This document shows positions 1 to 7,469 of a stretch of DNA of 17,247 nucleotides, piece after piece. The stretch comes from Candidatus Altarchaeum sp. (GTDB taxonomy: Archaea > Altiarchaeota > Altiarchaeia > Altiarchaeales > Altiarchaeaceae): NCBI GenBank assembly GCA_018260615.1, contig JAGWDQ010000147.1, positions 1 to 17,247 on the forward strand, written 5' to 3'. Every line of letters begins with the position of its first letter. Position 1 is the first letter of the stretch. The notes under the pieces are model-generated. The model saw only the letters and a list, made by a program, of their open reading frames with translations. It was not told the DNA's origin and did not search any database. A program made the position numbers and the translations under genes.

Positions 1-130
1 TATGAGTATAAGAATAAATACCTGCTCATAAAATCGGTGAAATTATTAAATACCTGCCCATATCTGTCTTTACGAAAAATTCAAACTCCTTGCCTGCCAT
101 TTTATGATATTAAATAAATTTTAAAAAATG

Positions 131-275
131 CTCACCTCACTTCGTTCGGAGATTTCAAAATCTGCAAGATTTTGAAATCACACAAAGCCACAAAGTCAGA
201 GAGTATATTTCCCCTTTGTGTCCCGGTGTCTCCGTGTGAGGCTCATAAAACGAACTTTCCTGTACGAAAATTTAA
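131..275. repeat. Interspersed palindromic (REP/MITE-like) mosaic element, copy 1
   Basis: Perfect 13-bp hairpin GATTTCAAAATCT-GCA-AGATTTTGAAATC at 151-179. 132-152 is the reverse complement of 8083-8103 with 1 mismatch. TCACACAAAGCCACA at 178-192 equals 8024-8038, and GAACTTTCCTGTACGA at 252-267 equals 8266-8281. Confidence 0.85.
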
Positions 276-368
276 AAATGCATACGAACAAATGAGTATA
301 ACAACAAAAATTGCAATCCCTTCAAAGCTTGTTTTTAAAACATGCTGTTACTCAAAATACATTAAAAT

Positions 369-2048
369 TTATCTGTTTTGCTCTTTGATTCTTAAATCAT
401 AAGCATATCCGGGTGCAATGAGCCACTTTAAGATTGTCATTTCAACAAACAGCCCTGTTTCATCACCTTCTAATAAAATTTTTCCGTCCTTCACGCCCAT
501 AAACCGTTTATCTGCATTTTTTATGAATATCCCGTTGAAGTTGCAGTCATTTACCTCTTTTATGGTTAAATTTTGATAGGCAGTTCTCGTCGGAGATAAT
601 TCACATTTGCTGCCATTTATCAAATACGGCTTTATATAAATTTGTCTTCCGTTTTGAACAAAATATGCCTGAATATACCCAAGTGTTCCCCTGATTTCAT
701 CATAGACAGCTAATGGCTTTCCGCTGACATCTTTATCTAATGCTATACTTAAATTTTCAAGTTGCCCGATTGCTTCAATAACCTCTGGAATTGAACATTT
801 AATATTCTTATTCATACACAAAAATACATGGCATGAAACCATATTAACCACCTCATAACCTTGTTTTACTGTAATCGTTCCGAAATTTTTCCCCAAAAAT
901 ATGTTGTCTTTGTTTCCTCCATTAATATAAATTTTATATCCTTTTTCCTGATCGGCAATTGATTCAAATTCATAAGCACAATACTCACTTGCATTTGAAC
1001 CATCTGTATGGACAGATATTTTTTTATTTGTGATTTGTTCTAAAGGAATTTCCGCCTTTACTTCAACACCTGAAATATTGTATTTATTTATGATTTGCAC
1101 AAATACATCCCTGCTCGCATTTTCATAAATTTCTGTTCCGTCAAAAATTATCTGTAATCGGTTAGTCCCTAATGTCCAGTTTGAAATGTCTAAAACAAAT
1201 GTATTGTGTTCAGCAGTTAAATTAGCGAGCAATTTTCCATCAGATATTAGTTTTAATGTCCGGTTTGGAATATTTCTCCCCAGGTAATCTTTTATATCCG
1301 CAGATATTGTTACATTTTTATCCTTAACTTCAACCTCTTTGCTGTCTGCAAAAATTTCAACAGGAATCTTTGATATTACAATAATACTGTTAGCTGCGTT
1401 TGCATCTTCGTAAATTTCATTCCCTTTATATTCTCCGGTTATTTTTAACTCTCCGATATTTAAATTTTTAACTGTGAAATCCGCAAAACACTCGTCATTT
1501 GTTAAATTTTTTCCGAAAAATTTGTCATCGGCATATAGTGAAATTTCTTTATCTGCACAGTCCTCTTCGCCACCGGTATTGAAATGTGCCCTCACGCTTA
1601 ATGAATCCTTTAAATAAATTCTTTCATCCGGCTCAAAACTTATATCCAAAACAGTCATCCGTTTATAAATTTTAAGTGTGGCTGATGCAGAGGCATTATT
1701 AAACTGGGCATTTCCTGAAAAGACCGCTTTTACTTTGTATTCTCCCGCACTTAAATTTCCATAGTATTCCATAAAAACATTGCTGCCGTTTGAATTTGCA
1801 TTACCTATAAATTGAGCATCCACATAAAAACTTACACTTCCGTTTACGCTTTCATTAAATTTTGCGTAAAAAACTGTCGGCGAGATATTTACGGGAGATA
1901 ACATTTCATTCATTGTTAAAGTTACATTTTTCTTTTGTTCAACACATCCGCTCAAAGTTAACATTAAAACAACTGCTAAAATACCTAAAACACCCAAAAC
2001 CCCGGCTAAACTTTTCTGCATAGCCCCCAAATATACATCCAATTTCAT
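369..2048 (-). CDS. Secreted lipoprotein with about three Ig-like (Big-type) repeats and a Cys-containing C-terminal domain; adhesin/surface-protein-like
   Basis: 559-aa ORF. A hydrophobic signal ends in lipobox LSGC (Cys35). Three repeats of an F/Y-x-G-N/T-x-x-Y/F-x-x-A motif (FSGNAQFNNA, YKGNEIYEDA, FDGTEIYENA) are typical of archaeal adhesin Ig-like domains. An alternative start lies at 2021 (MQKSL). Confidence 0.75.
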   Translation of the reverse strand: MKLDVYLGAMQKSLAGVLGVLGILAVVLMLTLSGCVEQKKNVTLTMNEMLSPVNISPTVFYAKFNESVNGSVSFYVDAQFIGNANSNGSNVFMEYYGNLSAGEYKVKAVFSGNAQFNNASASATLKIYKRMTVLDISFEPDERIYLKDSLSVRAHFNTGGEEDCADKEISLYADDKFFGKNLTNDECFADFTVKNLNIGELKITGEYKGNEIYEDANAANSIIVISKIPVEIFADSKEVEVKDKNVTISADIKDYLGRNIPNRTLKLISDGKLLANLTAEHNTFVLDISNWTLGTNRLQIIFDGTEIYENASRDVFVQIINKYNISGVEVKAEIPLEQITNKKISVHTDGSNASEYCAYEFESIADQEKGYKIYINGGNKDNIFLGKNFGTITVKQGYEVVNMVSCHVFLCMNKNIKCSIPEVIEAIGQLENLSIALDKDVSGKPLAVYDEIRGTLGYIQAYFVQNGRQIYIKPYLINGSKCELSPTRTAYQNLTIKEVNDCNFNGIFIKNADKRFMGVKDGKILLEGDETGLFVEMTILKWLIAPGYAYDLRIKEQNR

Positions 2049-2260
2049 TTTATCTATCTTTTTATTTTTTATCTATCTTTTATTTATCTTTTATTTTTTT
2101 TATTTATCTTTTATTTTTTTTATTTATCTTTTATTTATCTTTTATTTATCTTTTATTTTTTTTATTTATCTTTTATTTTTTTTATTTATCTTTTATTTAT
2201 CTTTTATTTTTTTTATTTATCTTTTATTTTTTTATCTTTTATTTTTTTATCTTTTTTTAC
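2049..2260. repeat. Low-complexity minisatellite built from TTTATCTTTTA (11-mer) and TTTTTTTTA (9-mer) units
   Basis: 13 ATCTTT cores at 2056, 2075, 2086, 2106, 2126, 2137, 2148, 2168, 2188, 2199, 2219, 2234 and 2249, spaced mostly 11 or 20 bp. There is no G on the + strand from 2024 to 2261. Confidence 0.95.
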
Positions 2261-2264
2261 AGTC

Positions 2265-2798
2265 CTATAAAGTATAAGGATTTCTATTAAGGGATTCTCT
2301 TTGTTTCTTTGTCGTTCTTGAACAGGGCTTACAACATTCTGCAATATTGGAATCGTTTAGCAATTGTTTATGCTTCCTGAAAGATTGTTTGTTATAAATT
2401 TTAGGTGCAGGTATCTCGTTTTGATAAATACTGGAATCTTTTAAAAAAGGATATGCATCTCTATCGTTAGAACAGATTAGTTTGCATTTTGAGACATAAA
2501 CAATTGCAACTAAATGGGAATCGTTAAAATGGGGGTTATTGACTCGCTTTTCAATTTCACTTTGTTTATCATCAACTTTTTTATTACAAATGTATACTGC
2601 TTTACCTATATCATTATACAGCTTTATAAGTTTTAATTTACCTGCTTTTATCAGTTCTGTTTCATATTTGGTTCCGCCATATACAATCTTTCCCTTTCCG
2701 TTATTTATCCAGTCTAAAACCGGTTTAAATTTCTCATGTTCGTTTGTTTCTGCATTAAAAACAAGACCTAATGCATTAGCGTCAATTATGATACACAT
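2265..2798 (-). CDS. PIN-domain (VapC-like fold) putative ribonuclease
   Basis: 177 aa. N-terminal IIIDAN plus acidic residues D6, E48, D93 (NDSHL) and D112 (CSND) in the spacing typical of the PIN catalytic tetrad. Starts 5 nt after the ATPase stop. Confidence 0.75.
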   Translation of the reverse strand: MCIIIDANALGLVFNAETNEHEKFKPVLDWINNGKGKIVYGGTKYETELIKAGKLKLIKLYNDIGKAVYICNKKVDDKQSEIEKRVNNPHFNDSHLVAIVYVSKCKLICSNDRDAYPFLKDSSIYQNEIPAPKIYNKQSFRKHKQLLNDSNIAECCKPCSRTTKKQRESLNRNPYTL

Positions 2799-2803
2799 TT
2801 TAA

Positions 2804-4135
2804 TTAAATTCGAATTAGTTTTAATTCCTCCGTGATAAAAAATTCTCTAAATGATTTAGGCTGATTTTCATCATATGCGCCATTTTCATTTATTTCAATA
2901 GAATGAATCCGATTTCCCTCGCTGGTTCTTTCAAAGAATAATACCTGAGCGTTAATTTTTTTGTCGTTCGATTCTTCTTTATACTTTCTGTTTACACAAT
3001 ATCTAAATCTATCTAATATATAATCACTGTGGGTCTCAATAATAAATTTTTTATTTTCAGAATTATTTGCATTAAAGAATAATTCACCAACAGCCGCTTG
3101 AGCTTTGGGGTGCAAATGTATTTCCGGTTGTTGCATTTCAAACCATTCTCCTTTATTTCCAGATAATGTTTCTACAAGAACAGGCAAAACCTGGGAAACA
3201 CCATATCCGACATTTGAAATTTTAAATGGTTCTTTACCAAGATATATATCTAATTCGAATGGAGATGCTTTTTCATCACCAAAAGATTTTATACCCACCT
3301 TATCAAATAAACCACTATTTTTTCCAAAATTTTCAATGTTTCTTGTTACGTCTTTTTTCAATTTAATATGATCAGCAGCAATTATTTCTTTTAATAAATA
3401 AGGTATGTGCCTGCCTTCCGAAGAAAAACTTCGTTGTTTATAACTACCGTATATTTTTTCTGGCTTTGCTCTTATTGGACCTATCCATGTACTACGAGCC
3501 AGTAATAAAAAAATAAACGGACTAATTGATTTTTTCTTTAAGGTACTGATAGATAGTATAATGGATAGTAAAATACCTGCGCCATTATTAGAAGATAAAA
3601 TGTCCCTATTAACACCTTTGTTTGAAAGTTCTTCAAAATATTCATCAGATAATTTTTGGTTGGCAATCCATGTTTCAAAAAAGGAGAGTTTATTTTTAAT
3701 ATTTTTGGTTTCTTTTGGACTCGCTTTATACTTAACTCCTTTAGAAGTAATTATTACCTGTACCTCATTGTCATCAAAGAGGTAACTGACTTCTTCAATT
3801 ATTGGAACTCCTTTCTTTTCTTTAAATTTCATTAATATTGCAATAGATTCATTTTCATCTTTTTTACTACTTATATCTTTAAAAATACCGACTTTAAAAT
3901 AGTTTTTATTATCAGATTTTTTACTCACTATCTCGTCAAAATATCCTAAATCAGTTTCAAATTCCTCCGTAGAAAAATCTCCGGTAATCCAAAAATTTGG
4001 ATTTGACAAGATATTTATTAATGAAAGAATGGATGTTTTCCCTGTGCTATTTTCACCAACCAGAAAATTTATATCCTTTAGTTGAATGAAAGTGTTCCTG
4101 AAACCCCTAAAATTATCTACATATAATATTGCCAT
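2804..4135 (-). CDS. ABC-type/AAA_15-AAA_21 family ATPase with DUF3696-like C-terminus (PtuA/AriA/OLD-related defence ATPase class)
   Basis: 443 aa. N-terminal VDNFRGF, Walker A GENSTGKTS, signature-like NVGYGVSQVL, Walker B/D-loop FEMQQPEIHLHP, H-loop IETHSDY, and C-terminal IEINENG...QPKSFREFF. Confidence 0.85.
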   Translation of the reverse strand: MAILYVDNFRGFRNTFIQLKDINFLVGENSTGKTSILSLINILSNPNFWITGDFSTEEFETDLGYFDEIVSKKSDNKNYFKVGIFKDISSKKDENESIAILMKFKEKKGVPIIEEVSYLFDDNEVQVIITSKGVKYKASPKETKNIKNKLSFFETWIANQKLSDEYFEELSNKGVNRDILSSNNGAGILLSIILSISTLKKKSISPFIFLLLARSTWIGPIRAKPEKIYGSYKQRSFSSEGRHIPYLLKEIIAADHIKLKKDVTRNIENFGKNSGLFDKVGIKSFGDEKASPFELDIYLGKEPFKISNVGYGVSQVLPVLVETLSGNKGEWFEMQQPEIHLHPKAQAAVGELFFNANNSENKKFIIETHSDYILDRFRYCVNRKYKEESNDKKINAQVLFFERTSEGNRIHSIEINENGAYDENQPKSFREFFITEELKLIRI

Positions 4136-4283
4136 TTTATTTAATTTATTTGTCTTTAATTACTTTTATTTTTTAATCTTTTTAATTACCTTTTAATTTT
4201 TGAACCAAAACTAAATCATTTTTTGATTAAACCACATTTTACACATCCAACCAAATTTTTTTAATTTCTGATTGTTTTTCGTA

Positions 4284-4333
4284 ATTTACTAACGAATTGA
4301 GTAAATATCCGAGCGTAAGTGAGGTTATTTACT
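4284..4333. repeat. Degenerate copy of the interspersed palindromic element
   Basis: CCGAGCGTAAGTGAGGT (4309-4325) resembles CCGAACGCAGTGAGGT (8086-8101). It is bracketed by the inverted repeat AGTAAATA (4300-4307) / TATTTACT (4326-4333), with an alternative arm ATTTACT at 4284-4290. Confidence 0.55.
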
Positions 4334-4394
4334 ATCGAATCAATGTTAATTTTGTTGTTTTTGAGGGTGATGTGCGGAATGTAGGTTAAATTTA

Positions 4395-5336
4395 TTAAAT
4401 TATTTCCCCGCATCCAACAACCCTGTTGTCCGGCAAATCAGGTCTTAAAAGCCATATCCTGTCCCCCGGCACATAAGCAAGTTTCCAGTCAAGACCTATT
4501 TTTATTGTTCCTTCTTCGCCGGAATTTAAGCCACCTTCCTTAATGGTTGCCCGTAATTGCTGAAGCCCGCAAACAAAAACATATTCTCCTCCGGAGCTGA
4601 CAGGGTATTTCCAAAACTTCTGAACCTTAAATTTAACATTAATTTCTCTTGCCACATTCATTGTTCCTTCTTTTGCCAGGACATAACCCCTTTCTAATTC
4701 TGCTACACTTACACCTTTTAAACTTAGACCTGCCCTTGAACCATTTTCCGCCTCATTTTCATCCTCATCATAAATTTGAATTGATTTTACAGTTGCCTTT
4801 TTATCTGTCGGATACATAATAAATTCATCAAATTTCCTGACCTTTCCATAAGCTGTCCCCAATATTACGGTTCCCACACTTTTGACATCAAAAAAGTGAT
4901 CAATCGGAACTTTTGTAATGCCTGCGGCTGAAGAAATGTCTTCCTTAGTTAATATATCCATTATTGCAATTCTGTCATTATCAATAAATTTATAATTCTG
5001 AAGCACTGTGCCTTTAATTAGCGGCAAAACCTGTTCCTTGATTAAATTTTCCCCCATTACAATGTAGCCCTTTTTTATACCTGCACATTCCAGTGCCACG
5101 ATTATTTCTCCCAAAGTTCTGCTTATTGCATCTACCTTAACCAAGGCAGCATCAGTCATGTTTATTGCATACGCCATTGGCTGAACTTTTCCCGGATATT
5201 CTGTCGGAACTACAAAACTTATTGCCTGTGATTCTTCCTTATAACTGTAAAGAGTTATATCGCTTTCCGTTCCTTTTTTTCCCAATACATCCCCAAATGT
5301 GTTGTCCCCTAATACCGCAATGTTCTTAAATTTCAT
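4395..5336 (-). CDS. Archaeal SelB-like protein (aSelBL): EF-Tu/SelB domains II-III with a degenerate G domain
   Basis: 313 aa. LGKKGTESDITLY motif, no intact GxxxxGK[ST] P-loop, domain II motif PIDHFFDVKSVGTVILG, KSIQIYD...GSRAGLSLKGV, and C-terminal RVVGCG. Confidence 0.85.
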   Translation of the reverse strand: MKFKNIAVLGDNTFGDVLGKKGTESDITLYSYKEESQAISFVVPTEYPGKVQPMAYAINMTDAALVKVDAISRTLGEIIVALECAGIKKGYIVMGENLIKEQVLPLIKGTVLQNYKFIDNDRIAIMDILTKEDISSAAGITKVPIDHFFDVKSVGTVILGTAYGKVRKFDEFIMYPTDKKATVKSIQIYDEDENEAENGSRAGLSLKGVSVAELERGYVLAKEGTMNVAREINVKFKVQKFWKYPVSSGGEYVFVCGLQQLRATIKEGGLNSGEEGTIKIGLDWKLAYVPGDRIWLLRPDLPDNRVVGCGEII

Positions 5337-5430
5337 TTTGCACTTATACTATGTTTATAAATATACTTATATTAAAAATTAAAATATGGCTTAAAAATTA
5401 GATTAAAAATATAAATATTAAAAAAGAAAG

Positions 5431-5468
5431 GTGTTAGAATAAATAAAGAGTGTTAGAATGTGTTAAAA
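5431..5468. repeat. Short direct repeats GTGTTAGAAT x2 plus GTGTTAAAA
   Basis: Copies at 5431-5440, 5450-5459 and 5460-5468 in the intergenic region upstream of the SelB-like gene. Confidence 0.6.
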
Positions 5469-5475
5469 ACAGAGT

Positions 5476-5500
5476 AAAAAAGAAAAAGAAAAATAAAAAA
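5476..5500 (-). terminator. Putative archaeal oligo-T terminator for the pspC-membrane protein cluster
   Basis: The minus strand reads TTTTTTATTTTTCTTTTTCTTTTTT about 36 nt downstream of the 5537 stop. Specificity is low in this AT-rich DNA. Confidence 0.35.
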
Positions 5501-5536
5501 TTTACAAATTTTCCCATAATATGCTGTTGGATTTTT

Positions 5537-5908
5537 CTATTCTGTGAATAAATCCTTTGTGTTCTTGTCTATTAACAGGAAATACAGAATAACTATGCCT
5601 ATAATTGTTCCAATCGGAATGCTTATCAAACTAATAACTGCCAAGACAATTCCCGCAATTCTCGCCCATTTCTTTAAATTCCATATTCCATAGGCAACCA
5701 CAAGTTCGGCAATTCCAATTATTATAGCAATAACTGCAAAAATGCCCATCATTCCTGCAAACATCCCCGCTACCTCTGCGTCTGCACCTCCCATGCCAAA
5801 CATTGCACCTCCCATCAAAAGCATTGCGAGCCCGCCTAAAACACTAAGCAACCCTCCAATTGCAAACAATATTGCACATACCAATATTCCTGTTGGTTTA
5901 TCTGCCAT
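5537..5908 (-). CDS. Small integral membrane protein of unknown function (3-4 TM)
   Basis: 123 aa, almost entirely hydrophobic and Gly-rich helices, with a YGIWNLKKWARI loop; AAA-ATG start context. Confidence 0.75.
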   Translation of the reverse strand: MADKPTGILVCAILFAIGGLLSVLGGLAMLLMGGAMFGMGGADAEVAGMFAGMMGIFAVIAIIIGIAELVVAYGIWNLKKWARIAGIVLAVISLISIPIGTIIGIVILYFLLIDKNTKDLFTE

Positions 5909-6052
5909 TTTGTTGTTTTTAAATTTTTATTTTATGTATTGTTAATTATGATTAAATATTAAATTTATTCAAAAAAATTTACTGAAATGCGTTTTTTGTT
6001 TCTTCGTTCATTAGCAGGAAATAGAGAATAAATTTAATTTTGGGATTTTAGT

Positions 6053-6277
6053 TTACTGATTTGGATTCGCAGGAATAATTATCCGGCAGAGAACATACGC
6101 CACTATCCCGAAGCCACTAGCAAATAAAGATGCCGCCCAAAATATCCTGATTATAGTCGGATCCGTATTTAAATATTCTGCCATTCCTCCGCAGACCCCC
6201 GCTATTGCTTTGTCCTTTTTTGAGCGATAGATTCTTTTTATTTCTGTTTCCGGCATTTTTGCATTTTTATTACTCAT
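6053..6277 (-). CDS. pspC: PspC-domain membrane protein
   Basis: 74 aa with KRIYRSKKDKAIAGVCGGMAEYLNTDPTIIRIFW and Y..C.IIIP, the classic PspC signature. Its ATG overlaps the upstream TAA (TAATG). Confidence 0.9.
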   Translation of the reverse strand: MSNKNAKMPETEIKRIYRSKKDKAIAGVCGGMAEYLNTDPTIIRIFWAASLFASGFGIVAYVLCRIIIPANPNQ

Positions 6278-6672
6278 TACTCCTTCTTTTCCGGTTCAGC
6301 TTTTTTACTGTCAATACTCTCTATACCCATTAAAATTTTTTGCGGCTCTTTTTCCTGCCTTAACCTTTTAATAACTGTTGCAGGGCCTACGACTGTAATT
6401 CCTTTTCTGATACCGAGCAGAGCGGCAATTTTTGAAGCAAATGACTTATTTTCCTCACCCAGTGATGCTACCTCTATACCTTTAAATTTATCGTCAATGC
6501 CAACCCCGAGCATTGTTTCTTCTATTAATTTTGATTGTTCAATCATTGTCAATGGCTCTTCTAATATTAAAATTTTACCCTCTTTTATCTTGTATAAAAT
6601 AAAACTTATTTTCTCCTGGCCCACCTTTTCTTTAAGCATATTTGAAGATAAAAACTCTATTTCAAGTGTCAT
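6277..6672 (-). CDS. oapB: DUF2073 family protein (OapB-like)
   Basis: 131 aa with LILEEPLTMIEQSKLIEETM...FKGIEVA...ITVVGPATVIK. It lies directly downstream of the OapA-type GTPase, as in the conserved archaeal oap operon. Confidence 0.75.
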   Translation of the reverse strand: MTLEIEFLSSNMLKEKVGQEKISFILYKIKEGKILILEEPLTMIEQSKLIEETMLGVGIDDKFKGIEVASLGEENKSFASKIAALLGIRKGITVVGPATVIKRLRQEKEPQKILMGIESIDSKKAEPEKKE

Positions 6673-6738
6673 TGTTATTTGAATAAATTTATTATTTAAA
6701 ATTTACGGGAAAATTTATAAATTATTTTTAAATTTTTA

Positions 6739-7362
6739 TTATGTATATTTTGCTATTGTTTTGTAAAGTTTATCTATATTCGTTCCTTCTTTTGCAGATA
6801 TTGCAAGAACCTCATGCTGGGGAAAAGCATTCTTAATTCTCTCAACATTTGCGTTCTTTAAGTCCATCTTGTTTGCCACAAGTATTGTAGGAATCTTTCT
6901 CGCTTCAAAATTTCCAATAATAGTAATATTTGTCTGTGTATATGGATCAAGAGCGGCATCAAAAACAACAATTGCAATATCTACATTTTCAAGCCATTTT
7001 ATTGCCTCAATAATTCCGCCTGTTGCCTCTTTTGCGCGTTGTTTTGCTTTTTCGTCACTCAGCTTATAATCATGGACAAACTCCTCAAAATCCACCTTCG
7101 TGGCAATTCCGGGCATATCAAGCAAATCCATTTCTATCTTTCTGTCTCCTACTCTTACTATAACCTTTTCTTTTTTTTGTACAACTCTTGTTTCATGCGG
7201 AACTTCGGAGACCTTTCCGATTTCCGTTCCTGTCCAGTCCTTTGAAATTTTATTTGCAAGTGTTGTCTTTCCTGCATTCGGAGGTCCGTAAAAGCCCAGT
7301 CGGATTGACTTCTTTTTTCCAAACAAATTCTTAAGCAATCGTTTAAACCATGAAAAAACCAT
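6739..7362 (-). CDS. oapA: Archaeal Era-like small GTP-binding protein (OapA-like)
   Basis: G1 GPPNAGKTT, switch I SEVPHETR, G3 DMPG, G4 NKMD, G5 SAK. The start is moved from the TTG at 7407 to the ATG at 7362 (ACAAAATG; MVFSWFKRLLKNLFGKKK), giving 207 aa. Confidence 0.85.
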   Translation of the reverse strand: MVFSWFKRLLKNLFGKKKSIRLGFYGPPNAGKTTLANKISKDWTGTEIGKVSEVPHETRVVQKKEKVIVRVGDRKIEMDLLDMPGIATKVDFEEFVHDYKLSDEKAKQRAKEATGGIIEAIKWLENVDIAIVVFDAALDPYTQTNITIIGNFEARKIPTILVANKMDLKNANVERIKNAFPQHEVLAISAKEGTNIDKLYKTIAKYT

Positions 7363-7469
7363 TTTGTTTTGTATATATTTTATTATACTGATTTTTAAAT
7401 TAAACAAATAATTAAAAGTCCAATTAAAAATATATAAATATAAATTTAATTATCTTTTAAAATTTTAAG

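Noticed and set aside
15-62. 16-bp direct repeat TAAATACCTGC(T/C)CATA at 15-30 and 47-62, and a 24-codon minus-strand ORF from ATG 100
   Set aside because: It is at the window edge with no context, so I cannot tell a gene fragment from a regulatory repeat.
246-362. Minus-strand frame MYFE*QHVLKTSFEGIAIFVVILICSYAFLNFRTGKFVL just after the lipoprotein stop
   Set aside because: It is very short and has an internal stop, the hydrophobicity is expected from a T-rich strand, and its end overlaps the repeat element.
172-402. 76-aa + strand ORF
   Set aside because: It starts at TTG, runs through the repeat element and overlaps the lipoprotein 3' end; no protein-like features.
4395-5336. True SelB / selenocysteine system
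   Set aside because: There is no intact GTPase motif, and I saw no tRNA-Sec, SelD or in-frame TGA selenoprotein in the window.
5354-5361. Individual TATA boxes such as TTTATAAA upstream of the SelB-like gene
   Set aside because: Intergenic DNA is so AT-rich that TATA-like words occur everywhere; none can be assigned without TSS data.
7363-7469. AT-rich gap upstream of oapA as a replication origin (oap genes flank oriC in haloarchaea)
   Set aside because: No ORB-like repeats and no orc1/cdc6 gene are present; the gap is short and the divergent gene is cmk.
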